Notes: generated from the sequence alone by a model not told the origin. Counted from the stretch's first letter, positions 8,285 to 18,087 are shown. The stretch is DNA of 32,000 nt from Desulfobulbus propionicus DSM 2032 (GCF_000186885.1 NC_014972.1:3000001-3032000); one strand, 5' to 3'. Numbers and translations are program-made.

Positions 8285-10900
8285 ATGAACCGTTCTGGTC
8301 TTATCATAACCATCATCATGGGTTGCCTTGCCGTCCTGCTCTGGAAGATTGTCAATGTGCCGAACATGGAACCGCCTTGGCCGTCGAAGATCCAGGGGTT
8401 TTCTTTCTCGCCTTTTCGGGAAAATCAGTCGCCCAGCAAAAAAATCTATCCGACCGTGGAGCAAATCGACAAAGATTTGGCCACGCTGGCAGGCGATGTC
8501 CATGCTGTTAGAGCATACACGGTTGAAGATACTCTTGCCGAGATTCCTCGACTTGCCGCCGCCCGTGGCCTCAATGTGGTGCTCGGGGCATGGATCACCC
8601 GGGATGAGCAAGCGAATGAGGAGCAGATCGCCAAACTGATCAAAGTGTACAGGGAGAATCACCGGAACATCGTCCGGGTGCTTGTCGGCAACGAAGTGTT
8701 GCTCCGCACCGACCAGACCGTCGATCAGATGATCAACTACATTGAGACCGCCAAGAAATCCATTTGGGCGCCGGTGAGCATCGCCGAGCCCTGGCACATC
8801 TGGCTGAAATACCCAAAATTGGTGGAAAAGGTCGATTTCATTGCCGTTCACCTCCTACCCTATTGGGAAGGCATTCCGGTTGATGAAGCCGTGGATTACT
8901 GCGTCATGCGCTACAACGAGTTGAAACAGGCCTATCCGGGCAAAGAAATCGTCATTGGAGAGGTCGGCTGGCCAAGCGGCGGCCGCATACGCCAAGGCGC
9001 GGTTGCCAGCCCCACCAATCAGGCCAAATTTCTGCGCCGTTTCCTCGATGTCGCTGAAAAGAACAATTACACCTATTATATCATGGAAGCCTTTGACCAG
9101 ATCTGGAAGAAGGATCTGGAGGGCGAGGCAGGCAGTTTGTGGGGCGTGTACAATGACTTGCGACAGCCGAAATTCGAATTCACCCAACCGGTTGTCCCCA
9201 TTCCCCACTGGCGTGAATTGGCCGCCATCAGCATTGTCTTGGCGGTGCTTATTCTATTGTTGCTGTTTCGGGACAGCAAAGGGTTGCTCGATACCGGCCG
9301 CGGCTTTCTCGCCATCATCGCCTATGCCATCACCACCTTTGCCGTGTGGGTGATCTACGATTTTCAACGGCAGTACATGAGTATTTCTTCCCTGGTGGTC
9401 GGCATTGTCCTGCTCTTCGCCGCCACAGGGGCCATCCTGGTCATCCTCGCCGAAGCTCACGAATGGGCGGAGTCCCTATGGACACGGAAATGGCGCCGGC
9501 TGCCCAAACCGGTGGAAGCCATTGCCGACGAGGATCTGCCAATGGTATCGATCCATGTTCCGGCCTACAACGAACCACCGGACATGATGATCCAGACGAT
9601 CAATGCCTTGGCGCAACTCGATTATCCCCGGTTCGAAGTGCTGATTATCGATAACAACACCAAGGATCCGGCTGTATGGCAACCGGTCGAGGCCCACTGC
9701 CAGACCCTCGGATCGCGTTTCCGCTTTTTTCATGTGGATCCGCTTGCTGGCTTCAAGGCGGGCGCGCTCAACTATGCCCTGCGGGAAACGGCTCCGGAGG
9801 CCGAGGTCGTGGCGGTCATCGACAGCGATTACATCGTGGAGCCGAACTGGCTGCGGGCGCTGACTCCCCATTTCGCCGACCCCAACATGGCTATCGTCCA
9901 AGGCCCTCAGGATTATCGTGACGGCGACGAAAACACCTTCAAAGCAATGTGCCTGGCCGAATACCGCGGATTCTTCCAAATCGGCATGGTCACCCGAAAC
10001 GAGCGCAACGCCATCATCCAGCACGGCACCATGACCATGGTGCGGCGCAAGGTGCTCGACGAGGTTGGCGGCTGGGCCGAATGGTGCATCACCGAGGATG
10101 CCGAACTGGGGCTGCGGATCTTTGAGAAGGGGTATGCGGCCTGTTATGTGCCGTACAGTTTTGGCAAGGGTTTGATGCCAGACACCTTTCTTGATTTCAA
10201 GAAACAGCGTTTTCGCTGGGCCTATGGCTCGGTCCTCATCCTCCGCCACCACATGATGGCGATGTTCGGGCTGCAAAAAACCAAACTGACCCGCGGTCAG
10301 CGCTACCATTTTCTCGCCGGATGGCTGCCTTGGTTCGCCGACGGCATCAATATGCTGTTCAACCTGCTGGCCTTGGGCTGGTCCTGCGGCATGATCATCT
10401 TTCCCGATTACCTGTCGCCGCCGCACATTGTCTTTGCCTTTCTGCCGGTGGTTCTGTTCTTCTTTAAAAGCCTGAAGATGTTCTTCCTCTACCGGACGAG
10501 GGTAACCGCCTCACGTAGACAGAGTCTTGCCGCCGGCCTGGCGGGACTGGCCTTGTCGCACACCATTGCCCGGGCCATGCTCACCGGATTCATTACCCGC
10601 AAGATCGGCTTTTTCCGTACCCCGAAAAAAGCCCAGGCCAATGCCTTTCTCAAGGCACTCGGCGATGCCCGCGAGGAGCTGCTGTTCACCGTGGCCCTCT
10701 GCCTGGCCATTGTCGGAGTTCTCCTGCGTGAAGATGGAGACATGCTGGATGTGCGGATATGGGCCCTGGTCCTGGCGATCCAGACCATACCCTATGCGGC
10801 CTCGGTGCTGGTTTCGCTGATCAGCGGTCTGCCCAAGTTGCCGGCGAAACTGGTCGGTGTCATGGCCCCGTTGCGAGGCATGAACACGGACGAACAGTAA
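8285..10900 (+). CDS. GH17-GT2 fusion membrane protein, NdvB-type beta-(1,3)-glucan synthase
   Basis: N-terminal TM, GH17 catalytic motifs VLVGNEVLLR and VIGEVGWPSGG, TM segments, GT2 domain with VSIHVPAYNEPPDMMIQTINAL, DSDYIVEPNWL, EDAELGLRI and QRFRW, then multiple TMs. Confidence 0.9.
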   Translation: MNRSGLIITIIMGCLAVLLWKIVNVPNMEPPWPSKIQGFSFSPFRENQSPSKKIYPTVEQIDKDLATLAGDVHAVRAYTVEDTLAEIPRLAAARGLNVVLGAWITRDEQANEEQIAKLIKVYRENHRNIVRVLVGNEVLLRTDQTVDQMINYIETAKKSIWAPVSIAEPWHIWLKYPKLVEKVDFIAVHLLPYWEGIPVDEAVDYCVMRYNELKQAYPGKEIVIGEVGWPSGGRIRQGAVASPTNQAKFLRRFLDVAEKNNYTYYIMEAFDQIWKKDLEGEAGSLWGVYNDLRQPKFEFTQPVVPIPHWRELAAISIVLAVLILLLLFRDSKGLLDTGRGFLAIIAYAITTFAVWVIYDFQRQYMSISSLVVGIVLLFAATGAILVILAEAHEWAESLWTRKWRRLPKPVEAIADEDLPMVSIHVPAYNEPPDMMIQTINALAQLDYPRFEVLIIDNNTKDPAVWQPVEAHCQTLGSRFRFFHVDPLAGFKAGALNYALRETAPEAEVVAVIDSDYIVEPNWLRALTPHFADPNMAIVQGPQDYRDGDENTFKAMCLAEYRGFFQIGMVTRNERNAIIQHGTMTMVRRKVLDEVGGWAEWCITEDAELGLRIFEKGYAACYVPYSFGKGLMPDTFLDFKKQRFRWAYGSVLILRHHMMAMFGLQKTKLTRGQRYHFLAGWLPWFADGINMLFNLLALGWSCGMIIFPDYLSPPHIVFAFLPVVLFFFKSLKMFFLYRTRVTASRRQSLAAGLAGLALSHTIARAMLTGFITRKIGFFRTPKKAQANAFLKALGDAREELLFTVALCLAIVGVLLREDGDMLDVRIWALVLAIQTIPYAASVLVSLISGLPKLPAKLVGVMAPLRGMNTDEQ

Positions 10901-13900
10901 TCAATTTGCCCGGATCAGTTCCAGCAATTCCTCGGCACTGATCCGGGAACTCACATCGGCACCCTCAAGAAGCGAGTTGGCCAGATCACGCTTTTCTTGA
11001 TGCAACCGAACAATTTTTTCCTCGATGGTATTGGCGGTCACCAGACGATACACCGTCACCGGCCGTTTCTGGCCGATGCGATAGGCGCGATCGGCCGCCT
11101 GATCCTCCACCGCCGGGTTCCACCATGGATCCATGTGAATGACATAGTCGGCTGCGGTCAGGTTCAACCCCAGCCCTCCAGCCTTGAGGCTGATGAGGAA
11201 TAGATCGCCTTCTCCGGCCTGGAAGCGTTCCACTTGCTGTTGCCTCTCCTTGGCTGGAGTGGTGCCGTCCAGATATTTATAACTGATGCCCCGATCGTCG
11301 AGAAAATCGCGGATCAAGGCTAAATGACCGGTAAATTGGCTGAAAATCAGGGCTTTATGGCCACCGCCCAGTAATTCCTCCACGGTCTCGGCAAAGACCT
11401 GTAATTTGGTGGACGGGATATCCACCTGATCGTTGATGAGCCGCGGATTGCAGCACGCCCGCCGCAATCGCATGATTTCCGCCAAAATTCGCAGGTGACG
11501 GCCTGTTTTCTCGCTGCTGCCCTCGATATTCTCGATGGCCTGTTGCCGGAGCGCTTCGTAGAACTGTAGTTCTTGCGGCTGCATTTCCACCCGCAGGGTA
11601 ATCTCCGTTCGCGGCGGCAACTCCTCCAGCACCTGCGACTTGATACGGCGGAGCATGAAGGGCCGAATCAGCTTTTTCAAGGTTCTCCGTGCCTCGCGGT
11701 CGTGATGCTTCTCGATGGGAATACCGAATCGGCGGTTGAACTGTTTGTACGTCCCCAGCAGACCGGGATTGATGAAGCTGAAAAGATTCCACAACTCACC
11801 CAAATGATTCTCAATCGGCGTGCCAGTGGTAATCAGCCGAAACCGGCCATCCAAGCGCATGGCGGCCTTGGACCGCTTGGTGGCCGCATTCTTGATTGCC
11901 TGGGCCTCGTCGAGCACAATCGATTGCCATTTGACCTGGGCCAGCAATTCGATCTCCTGCTGCAGCAAGGTGTAACTGGTGACCAGTAAGTCAAACTTGC
12001 CCAGAGTCGGAATAATTTCGTCCCGGTTTGCCTCGGAAAACATATGAAACGTGAGCGTTGGCGCAAAGCGACGGACCTCGGTCTCCCAGTTCATGCACAC
12101 CGACGTTGGCGCAACCACCAATGACGGCCCTTGATGGGCCAGGCTGAGGATCACGGCGATGGACTGAAGCGTTTTTCCTAACCCCATGTCGTCGGCTAGA
12201 CATGCACCCACTCCAAGATGCGCCAGCCGACTCATCCAGACAAACCCCTCCCGCTGATACTCGCGCAATTCAGCCTTCAGCGTCGACGGGACCTTCGGGG
12301 TCATCTCCTGGGCCTCGGCAATGGCCTGCAGGCGTTGACGCCACCCCTTGTCGGCCGTGGTCTGCGCCTGATGGGTCAGCTCTTCCAGAGCTATCGCCGC
12401 CAGCGGATGGATCTTAACCTCGTTGTCGCTTCCAGGCTGGGTGGTGCCATAGAGAATCAGTTCCTCCAACCGGTTGCGAAATTCCTGGGTCAAAGCGATG
12501 AACTGCCCCTCACCCATGGGAATGAAGCGACTCCTGGTTTCCCGCACCTTGTCCAGGAGGGTCTTCAGCTCCATGACCTCGTCCTGATCGATCTCCAGCT
12601 GCCCCGACAGCGAAAACCAATCCTGCTGGCTGGTCCGGATGTTGAGATTCAGCTGGTTGACCCCAGCCTGCCGTCGTACGGCCAGTTTCTCGCCCTCGGG
12701 CCACTCAAGAATAACCCGATCCTTGATTTCCTCGATTTCCAGCAAAACCTGCAAGCATTCCTCGGGATCAAGCAAATGCCATTCCCGCTTGTTCTCCTGT
12801 TCAAAATCAATGGCCAGATCAAGCATGGGGCAGCTTTCTTCAATTTCCCTCGCCTTCTCCTCTTCCAGCCGTAAATTCCTCTTGGTACGCAGTCGCCGGC
12901 CATCGATTTCAGCCATGAGATTGGCCACGCCGGCCCCAGGTTTGAGATAGGGTCCACCGTGGGCAAAGGGCCGGACAAACAGTTCGATGCGAAACCCGCT
13001 GCCATAGGGGATGATGTGGATGTGGATGGTCGGATCGCTCGCCACCAATTCTGCAGGCAATCCCTCGCCCGGAACCTCGATGGCAGAATGAACGGTCATG
13101 AACGATGCCATGTTGCCGATGGCATCAAGTACCTGCCGGCTGGCGGCGAGCGGTACCAACAACCCGTCACGACCGGTGATTTCGGCAACCTTCCGGTGCT
13201 CCTCACTGATCAGGATGACCCGGAAGCGGGTGGGCGTTTCCTTCCAGACGGCCACAAGGCCATCGCCTATATCTTGGAAAAAATGAATGAACAGCGAATC
13301 GCCCTTTCTTTCGACCACCAGCTCCGGCTCACCGGCGACAATTTCCACCGGTGTTTGCGGCGACCGTTTGAGAAAAACGTGGGGATGGCCGATCAGGGCG
13401 GGGAGCGCCTTGACCGGATCAAACGCATAGCCGCCGTTTTTTCCGCCGCCTTGCTCCGCTTGATACAGGGCCGAGCAGATCAAATGGTCCTGTTCCGTCA
13501 GATAATCGAGTTCACCTTGTCGGAGCAAACGCTGGAAGGCTATGGTCCGCCCCTTGGTCCAGGTACCGGTTGTTGTCTTTTTTTGTTCCTTGGGCAACAA
13601 TTCCAGCGTTCCCTCACCATACTCAACCAACCAGCAGAGACGCGTCAGCCGTTCAGGTTCCCTGATTTTCCTGGTGACTTCGATCAACTCCTGCAAACTT
13701 TGCTTCCAGGTTCCATGGGGAGCAATGATGTGGGTCAGGTAGCGACATTGCAATTCGCCAGCCAGCTCGACAGCGGCTTGGTGCATCCCGGTGTGCTCTT
13801 CATCAAGGGCCGCCAATAATTCCGCTGATTCCATGGCTACCCAGAGAAAACCGTGTGCACGGCCCTGGTCGTAGAGTTGCCGCAGCATCGTCTGGAAATC

Positions 13901-15118
13901 GGGCGGGATCTCCACCCCCATCCAGTAAAGCGATAACAGGGCGACGAGAGAGGTAAGGCTCCGCTTGTCGGCAACCAAATCCTTGGTCAAGGCAAGCATA
14001 TCGGGCAGCATTTCATCCGTCGAGCGGAGCACGGCATCGAGAAACCGGTAAGGAATTTCCTCGGGGCAGCCGTTGCACCGCTTCAAGACGACGGCGACCG
14101 CCTCACGGGCGCGTTCACGGTCGCCGGGCTGATCGCGATCCAGCAGGGCAAAAAGACAATACAGGCCGGTAATGCCGTAAAAAAAACAGGGGTCGTTGCC
14201 CGCGTATTGCTGCAAATGGTCCAAATCTTCGGCGAACAATTCCAGAGCGACTTCCGTTTCCCCTTGCAGGAAGGCCACGGAACCGGCAAATCCCGAGCCG
14301 AAGAACGAATCGTTGTATCGCTTCAGCAACTGTTGCAACGCATCGAACCGTCCCTGCAACAGGTAACAGCTGGCCAGGATACGACGGAACGGCACCCGTT
14401 CATCGGGAGCAATGGTCTGGGCCTGTTCATCTTCGAGATAAGCGTGGAGAGCGGGAAAATGATGCAGCTTTTCCTGAGAATAGCGAATGACCTGGTCGAG
14501 CAAGAAAAATTGAAAGGACCCGGGCAACGAGGCAAACCACTTGGCGTCAAAGGCTCGGGCGGCCACAAGAACAGCGGGAGGCTCGGCATCGTAATAGGGC
14601 TTGCCTTCGCCTTCTAAAAAAAGCAGCGCCGTGTCTAGCTTGTCAAAGTCCTGGGTATAGAGGCCGATTCGGAACTGGCGCAGGGCGCGCCAGCATCGGG
14701 TTGGCCATTTACCATGCATATAATCGACCGGCGCCGCTCGTTCGATCAGCGCGGCCAATTGAGGAAAACGTCCGCGATCAACCGCCTGCCGGGTCAGGGT
14801 TTCCGCTAACATCGGGGGGCATTGATTCTTGCCATTCAAAAATCCCTTACGTCGCAGTCGACTAACCATTTCACCGAGCTCTTCACTGCTGAGGCGTCGA
14901 TCTTCAAGGAGCGCGGGGTCAAGAGCACTCAAACAGCGGGCCAGAAAGCTGACGGAAACCGGCTCGTAAATGACGGATATGAGCTGGAGCACAAGTTGCT
15001 CGATCGCGGGAAGCGCGGCAAGGCTTTGAAGAGCGGCAGACTCCTTGACTGCAGGAACGTGGGCGGCAGGGGGATGGGGTACGGCAGATGCTTTCAAAAT
15101 AAATGTTGGGAGGGGCAA
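10901..15118 (-). CDS. SNF2-family DEAD/DEAH-box helicase with long uncharacterised N-terminal region
   Basis: Walker A DDMGLGKT, DEAQ box, TTGTPIENHLGELWNLFSF, helicase C ALIFSQFTGHL...LISLKAGGLGLNLTAADYVIHMDPWWNPAVEDQAADRAYRIGQ. The called start is TTG (CAA on + strand at 15116-15118) and is uncertain. Confidence 0.93.
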   Translation of the reverse strand: MPLPTFILKASAVPHPPAAHVPAVKESAALQSLAALPAIEQLVLQLISVIYEPVSVSFLARCLSALDPALLEDRRLSSEELGEMVSRLRRKGFLNGKNQCPPMLAETLTRQAVDRGRFPQLAALIERAAPVDYMHGKWPTRCWRALRQFRIGLYTQDFDKLDTALLFLEGEGKPYYDAEPPAVLVAARAFDAKWFASLPGSFQFFLLDQVIRYSQEKLHHFPALHAYLEDEQAQTIAPDERVPFRRILASCYLLQGRFDALQQLLKRYNDSFFGSGFAGSVAFLQGETEVALELFAEDLDHLQQYAGNDPCFFYGITGLYCLFALLDRDQPGDRERAREAVAVVLKRCNGCPEEIPYRFLDAVLRSTDEMLPDMLALTKDLVADKRSLTSLVALLSLYWMGVEIPPDFQTMLRQLYDQGRAHGFLWVAMESAELLAALDEEHTGMHQAAVELAGELQCRYLTHIIAPHGTWKQSLQELIEVTRKIREPERLTRLCWLVEYGEGTLELLPKEQKKTTTGTWTKGRTIAFQRLLRQGELDYLTEQDHLICSALYQAEQGGGKNGGYAFDPVKALPALIGHPHVFLKRSPQTPVEIVAGEPELVVERKGDSLFIHFFQDIGDGLVAVWKETPTRFRVILISEEHRKVAEITGRDGLLVPLAASRQVLDAIGNMASFMTVHSAIEVPGEGLPAELVASDPTIHIHIIPYGSGFRIELFVRPFAHGGPYLKPGAGVANLMAEIDGRRLRTKRNLRLEEEKAREIEESCPMLDLAIDFEQENKREWHLLDPEECLQVLLEIEEIKDRVILEWPEGEKLAVRRQAGVNQLNLNIRTSQQDWFSLSGQLEIDQDEVMELKTLLDKVRETRSRFIPMGEGQFIALTQEFRNRLEELILYGTTQPGSDNEVKIHPLAAIALEELTHQAQTTADKGWRQRLQAIAEAQEMTPKVPSTLKAELREYQREGFVWMSRLAHLGVGACLADDMGLGKTLQSIAVILSLAHQGPSLVVAPTSVCMNWETEVRRFAPTLTFHMFSEANRDEIIPTLGKFDLLVTSYTLLQQEIELLAQVKWQSIVLDEAQAIKNAATKRSKAAMRLDGRFRLITTGTPIENHLGELWNLFSFINPGLLGTYKQFNRRFGIPIEKHHDREARRTLKKLIRPFMLRRIKSQVLEELPPRTEITLRVEMQPQELQFYEALRQQAIENIEGSSEKTGRHLRILAEIMRLRRACCNPRLINDQVDIPSTKLQVFAETVEELLGGGHKALIFSQFTGHLALIRDFLDDRGISYKYLDGTTPAKERQQQVERFQAGEGDLFLISLKAGGLGLNLTAADYVIHMDPWWNPAVEDQAADRAYRIGQKRPVTVYRLVTANTIEEKIVRLHQEKRDLANSLLEGADVSSRISAEELLELIRAN

Positions 15119-15277
15119 AAGTTACATGATGGCTACGGGACAGGGAATGAGCACAGACAGGAAAACGGCCGATCTCCATCGTGGCCTCGCCAAATCTGCG
15201 CAACAGTGCGGCAAAAGGGAATGTTCTCCTCTAGGGGACGACGTGTTCTTGATTGAAAGCGCAGCAGTACATGCTCA

Positions 15278-17158
15278 TCACTGCAACATCTTGGTATTCG
15301 TCCAAATTTTAGCTTCTTTTCTCAATTGATCAATCCAGTCGGCCATCAATGTATTCTTGTGCGCGGCGAGCAACTGCTGTTCCAGAGCCTGCCGCTTGGC
15401 GGCATCCGTGTCGCCTTGTCCGCGACGGGATTCAAGGATTTGGTAAAGATAACAAGTGTTCCCCTCGACAATGACCTTGTCTGGGAATGCACCCTGCCCC
15501 AAACGGGCAAAGGCATCACGGCGAATCTCTTCAGGAACACCGTTTGCTGGGCCGGTTCGCTTCAAATAGGCGGACTCCTTCCGCTCCACATCAGACGGAA
15601 ACCGCTGCTGCTCCTTGGCGGTTTTAAGCATCTGTTCGGCGGCGCTCCGCGCAAGCTCCACGCTTTTCTCCTTGATGAAATCGGCAGCAACGCGCTCGCG
15701 AACAATGGCAAGCTCGGGAACCACGGATTCCCTGGCATCCTCCACAAAGATTATGGCATAGCCTGTCGCCGTTTCCACGATGGAGCTCAGTTCCCCCTTA
15801 TGCAGCGCGAAGGCTGACTGCAAAAAAGCGGGATCGCTGATCAAGGTATCTTTAGGTGGCTTGTCCTGTTGAAAGAAATCGGTCCGATGAACGGCAACTG
15901 CGTTTTTTTCACTGTATTTTGTCAAGCTGCCGGCACGGATGATTTCCTCGTAGGCGGTCGATGCCTTTTTGAAGGTAATGGCCTTGACTCCTTGCCGCTC
16001 CAATTCTGCGCGAATCGAAGCACGCACCTCCTCCAGGGAGCGGGTCGTGGCCGGTTTTATCTCTTCGAGCTTGACGAGGTGATACCCATAGGGCGTTTCC
16101 ACAACACCGCTGATCTCGCCCGTGCGCAGCGAGAACACGCTTCGCTCAAAAGGCTCAACCATCTGACCACGGCTGAAAAAACCAAGATCGCCACCCTTCT
16201 CTTTCGAGGTATCCTCGGAAAACTGCTTGGCCAAGAGGGCGAAATCCCCCCCTCCTCGGATCTGCGCCAACACCTTTTCCGCAGCCGCCTTTTTCGCGGC
16301 CTTGGTCTCTGCGGTGTCGCCATCTGCTATCTTAAATAGGATATGGCGCGCCCGTCGCTGCTCGGGAGTGGCATAGAGCTCGGCATGCTCCTGATAATAT
16401 CTCTGTACAGCCTCGTCGTTGACAGCCACCGCTTTCAGATCATCGGCAAAAGGAAAAGACAAGTAGGCCAATTTGCTCTGTGGCGGTGTCTTATATTGCT
16501 GCTTGGTCTGTTCATACCAAGATTGCAGGCTCGCATCGTCTACTTTGACCTGCGGTTCGTAGGCGCTGCTCCTCACCGTGGTGTAGGCAAGCTTGACTTC
16601 TTGATCCAGGAACTCAACCCAGTTGTCCAACTCGGCAGCGGAAACAGTGGCAAAGGCGCCGAGAGATTCGACAGCGCGGTTCATCAACAAGTCGTTGCCG
16701 ATTCCTGCCTCAAACGATGTGGGCGACAAGCGGTTCTGTGCAAGCACCGTCTTGTATCGGTCCAAGTCGAACCGACCGTTCTCGTCGCGGAATACCTCCA
16801 AATCTTGGATCTTGCGCTGGGTCGCTTCTTTACTGATCGTCATCCCCATTTTTTCAGCGCCTTGTCGAAGCAGTTCCGACTGGATCAGCTGATTGAGCAC
16901 CTGATCCTTGACGCCGAGGCTTTCCACAAATTTCTCCGGCAGTTGACCGCCGAATTGCTGTTTATAGCCCTCGATCGCTCGTTCGTAGTTCTGCTGAAAA
17001 TCTCGATAGGAGATCTCCTTGCCGTTGACGACGGCCACAGCATTGGGATTGTCATTGAGATTGGTGCCCACCCCCCAGAAAATGAAAACAATAGCGATGA
17101 TCACCACAATCGATTGAACGACAATCGACTGTGCATTTTTCCTGATAATATTCAGCAT
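15278..17158 (-). CDS. PpiD-like membrane-anchored peptidyl-prolyl isomerase (SurA_N + PpiC)
   Basis: MLNIIRKNAQSIVVQSIVVIIAIVFIFWGVG TM anchor, NVVNGKEI-like start of the SurA N region, parvulin core LAKQFSEDTSKEKGGDLGFFSRGQMVEPFERSVFSLRTGEISGVVETPYGYHLVKL. Confidence 0.9.
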   Translation of the reverse strand: MLNIIRKNAQSIVVQSIVVIIAIVFIFWGVGTNLNDNPNAVAVVNGKEISYRDFQQNYERAIEGYKQQFGGQLPEKFVESLGVKDQVLNQLIQSELLRQGAEKMGMTISKEATQRKIQDLEVFRDENGRFDLDRYKTVLAQNRLSPTSFEAGIGNDLLMNRAVESLGAFATVSAAELDNWVEFLDQEVKLAYTTVRSSAYEPQVKVDDASLQSWYEQTKQQYKTPPQSKLAYLSFPFADDLKAVAVNDEAVQRYYQEHAELYATPEQRRARHILFKIADGDTAETKAAKKAAAEKVLAQIRGGGDFALLAKQFSEDTSKEKGGDLGFFSRGQMVEPFERSVFSLRTGEISGVVETPYGYHLVKLEEIKPATTRSLEEVRASIRAELERQGVKAITFKKASTAYEEIIRAGSLTKYSEKNAVAVHRTDFFQQDKPPKDTLISDPAFLQSAFALHKGELSSIVETATGYAIIFVEDARESVVPELAIVRERVAADFIKEKSVELARSAAEQMLKTAKEQQRFPSDVERKESAYLKRTGPANGVPEEIRRDAFARLGQGAFPDKVIVEGNTCYLYQILESRRGQGDTDAAKRQALEQQLLAAHKNTLMADWIDQLRKEAKIWTNTKMLQ

Positions 17159-17311
17159 GATAGAAGCACCTCCCAGAGGCCAGGCCAGATCCCAAGTTTT
17201 TTCGGAGCGAGCATTATGTTCAATTTCTCAGCAAGTTACCAGAGAAAAATGCACAGCCATTCCAGCAAAAAGTGCTTGAGACCTCATTCAAAAAAAACAG
17301 GGTGTTTGCTT

Positions 17312-17340
17312 GACAAAGCCCCCCCCCTATAGTAATTAAC
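17312..17340 (+). promoter_or_regulatory. Candidate promoter region for dsrC
   Basis: TTGACA at 17312-17317, then a C-run and the AT-rich TATAGTAATTAA; spacing to a good -10 is not clean. Confidence 0.35.
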
Positions 17341-17406
17341 TGGTGATTTTTCAGATTAGGAATTCATTACTCATCCATATTAAACGCTTTGGCCAAGGAG
17401 GAACAC

Positions 17407-17727
17407 ATGGCAACTATTGAGCACAAAGGAAAAACCTACGAGGTGGACGAAGACGGCTTCCTGTTGAAAGGTGCTGAAGAGTGGGACGAGAACTGGGTCG
17501 ATTATGTAAAGACCGTTGAAGGTATCGTTGACATCACCGATGAGCACCAGAAAGTTATCGATGCCCTGCAAGAGTACTACAAGAAGAATGGTATTGCTCC
17601 GATGGTTCGTATCCTTTCCAAGACCACTGGATTTCCGCTGAAACGTATCTATGAACTGTTCCCGTCCGGACCTGGCAAGGGAGCCTGTAAGATGGCTGGT
17701 TTGCCGAAACCGACCGGTTGCGTCTGA
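17407..17727 (+). CDS. dsrC: DsrC (TusE/DsrC-family sulfur carrier, sulfite reductase gamma-subunit-like)
   Basis: MATIEHKGKTYEVDEDGFLLKGAEEWDENWV..., C-terminal arm GKGACKMAGLPKPTGCV with both conserved cysteines; CAAGGAGG ribosome-binding site upstream. Confidence 0.95.
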   Translation: MATIEHKGKTYEVDEDGFLLKGAEEWDENWVDYVKTVEGIVDITDEHQKVIDALQEYYKKNGIAPMVRILSKTTGFPLKRIYELFPSGPGKGACKMAGLPKPTGCV

Positions 17728-17750
17728 TCGTTCGTTTCCCACGCGTTAGC

Positions 17751-17783
17751 AAAAAGGCTGCCTTTTCAGGCAGCCTTTTTTTA
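17751..17783 (+). terminator. Rho-independent terminator after dsrC
   Basis: AAAGGCTGCC-TTTTCA-GGCAGCCTTTTTTT. Confidence 0.92.
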
Positions 17784-17835
17784 TGCCCACTGCGATCCTT
17801 CCCTAAAAACGTTTTCTAAAAAAACGGCTCGCCGA

Positions 17836-18087
17836 CTAAAAGGACATTTCCAGAAAGTGGGCATGAAACCGGGTCATATCCTGGCCGCATTTGCCACAGA
17901 TGAACTTCACGTCCCCATAAATCTCTGTCGTGTTTTCTTGAGGGGTAAACGATCCATCACCATTTTGCAGATAATGGGTCGTCACCAGGACATTCTCGGC
18001 AATCTCAACAAAATTCTTATTGTTGCCGCACTGCGGACAAACAATGCGTCCTGCGGGCTCACCGGTCGGAACATGGACTTTTTTCAT
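17836..18087 (-). CDS. Small zinc-ribbon-like protein (two CxxC pairs), function unknown
   Basis: 83 aa; CPQCGNNKNF...FICGKCGQDMTRFHAHF. Confidence 0.75.
   Translation of the reverse strand: MKKVHVPTGEPAGRIVCPQCGNNKNFVEIAENVLVTTHYLQNGDGSFTPQENTTEIYGDVKFICGKCGQDMTRFHAHFLEMSF

Noticed and set aside
10901-15118. SNF2 helicase as part of a phage-defence island such as DISARM
   Set aside because: No methyltransferase, phospholipase D, DUF1998 or nuclease gene is adjacent; neighbours are a glucan synthase and PpiD. Kept only as an open question.
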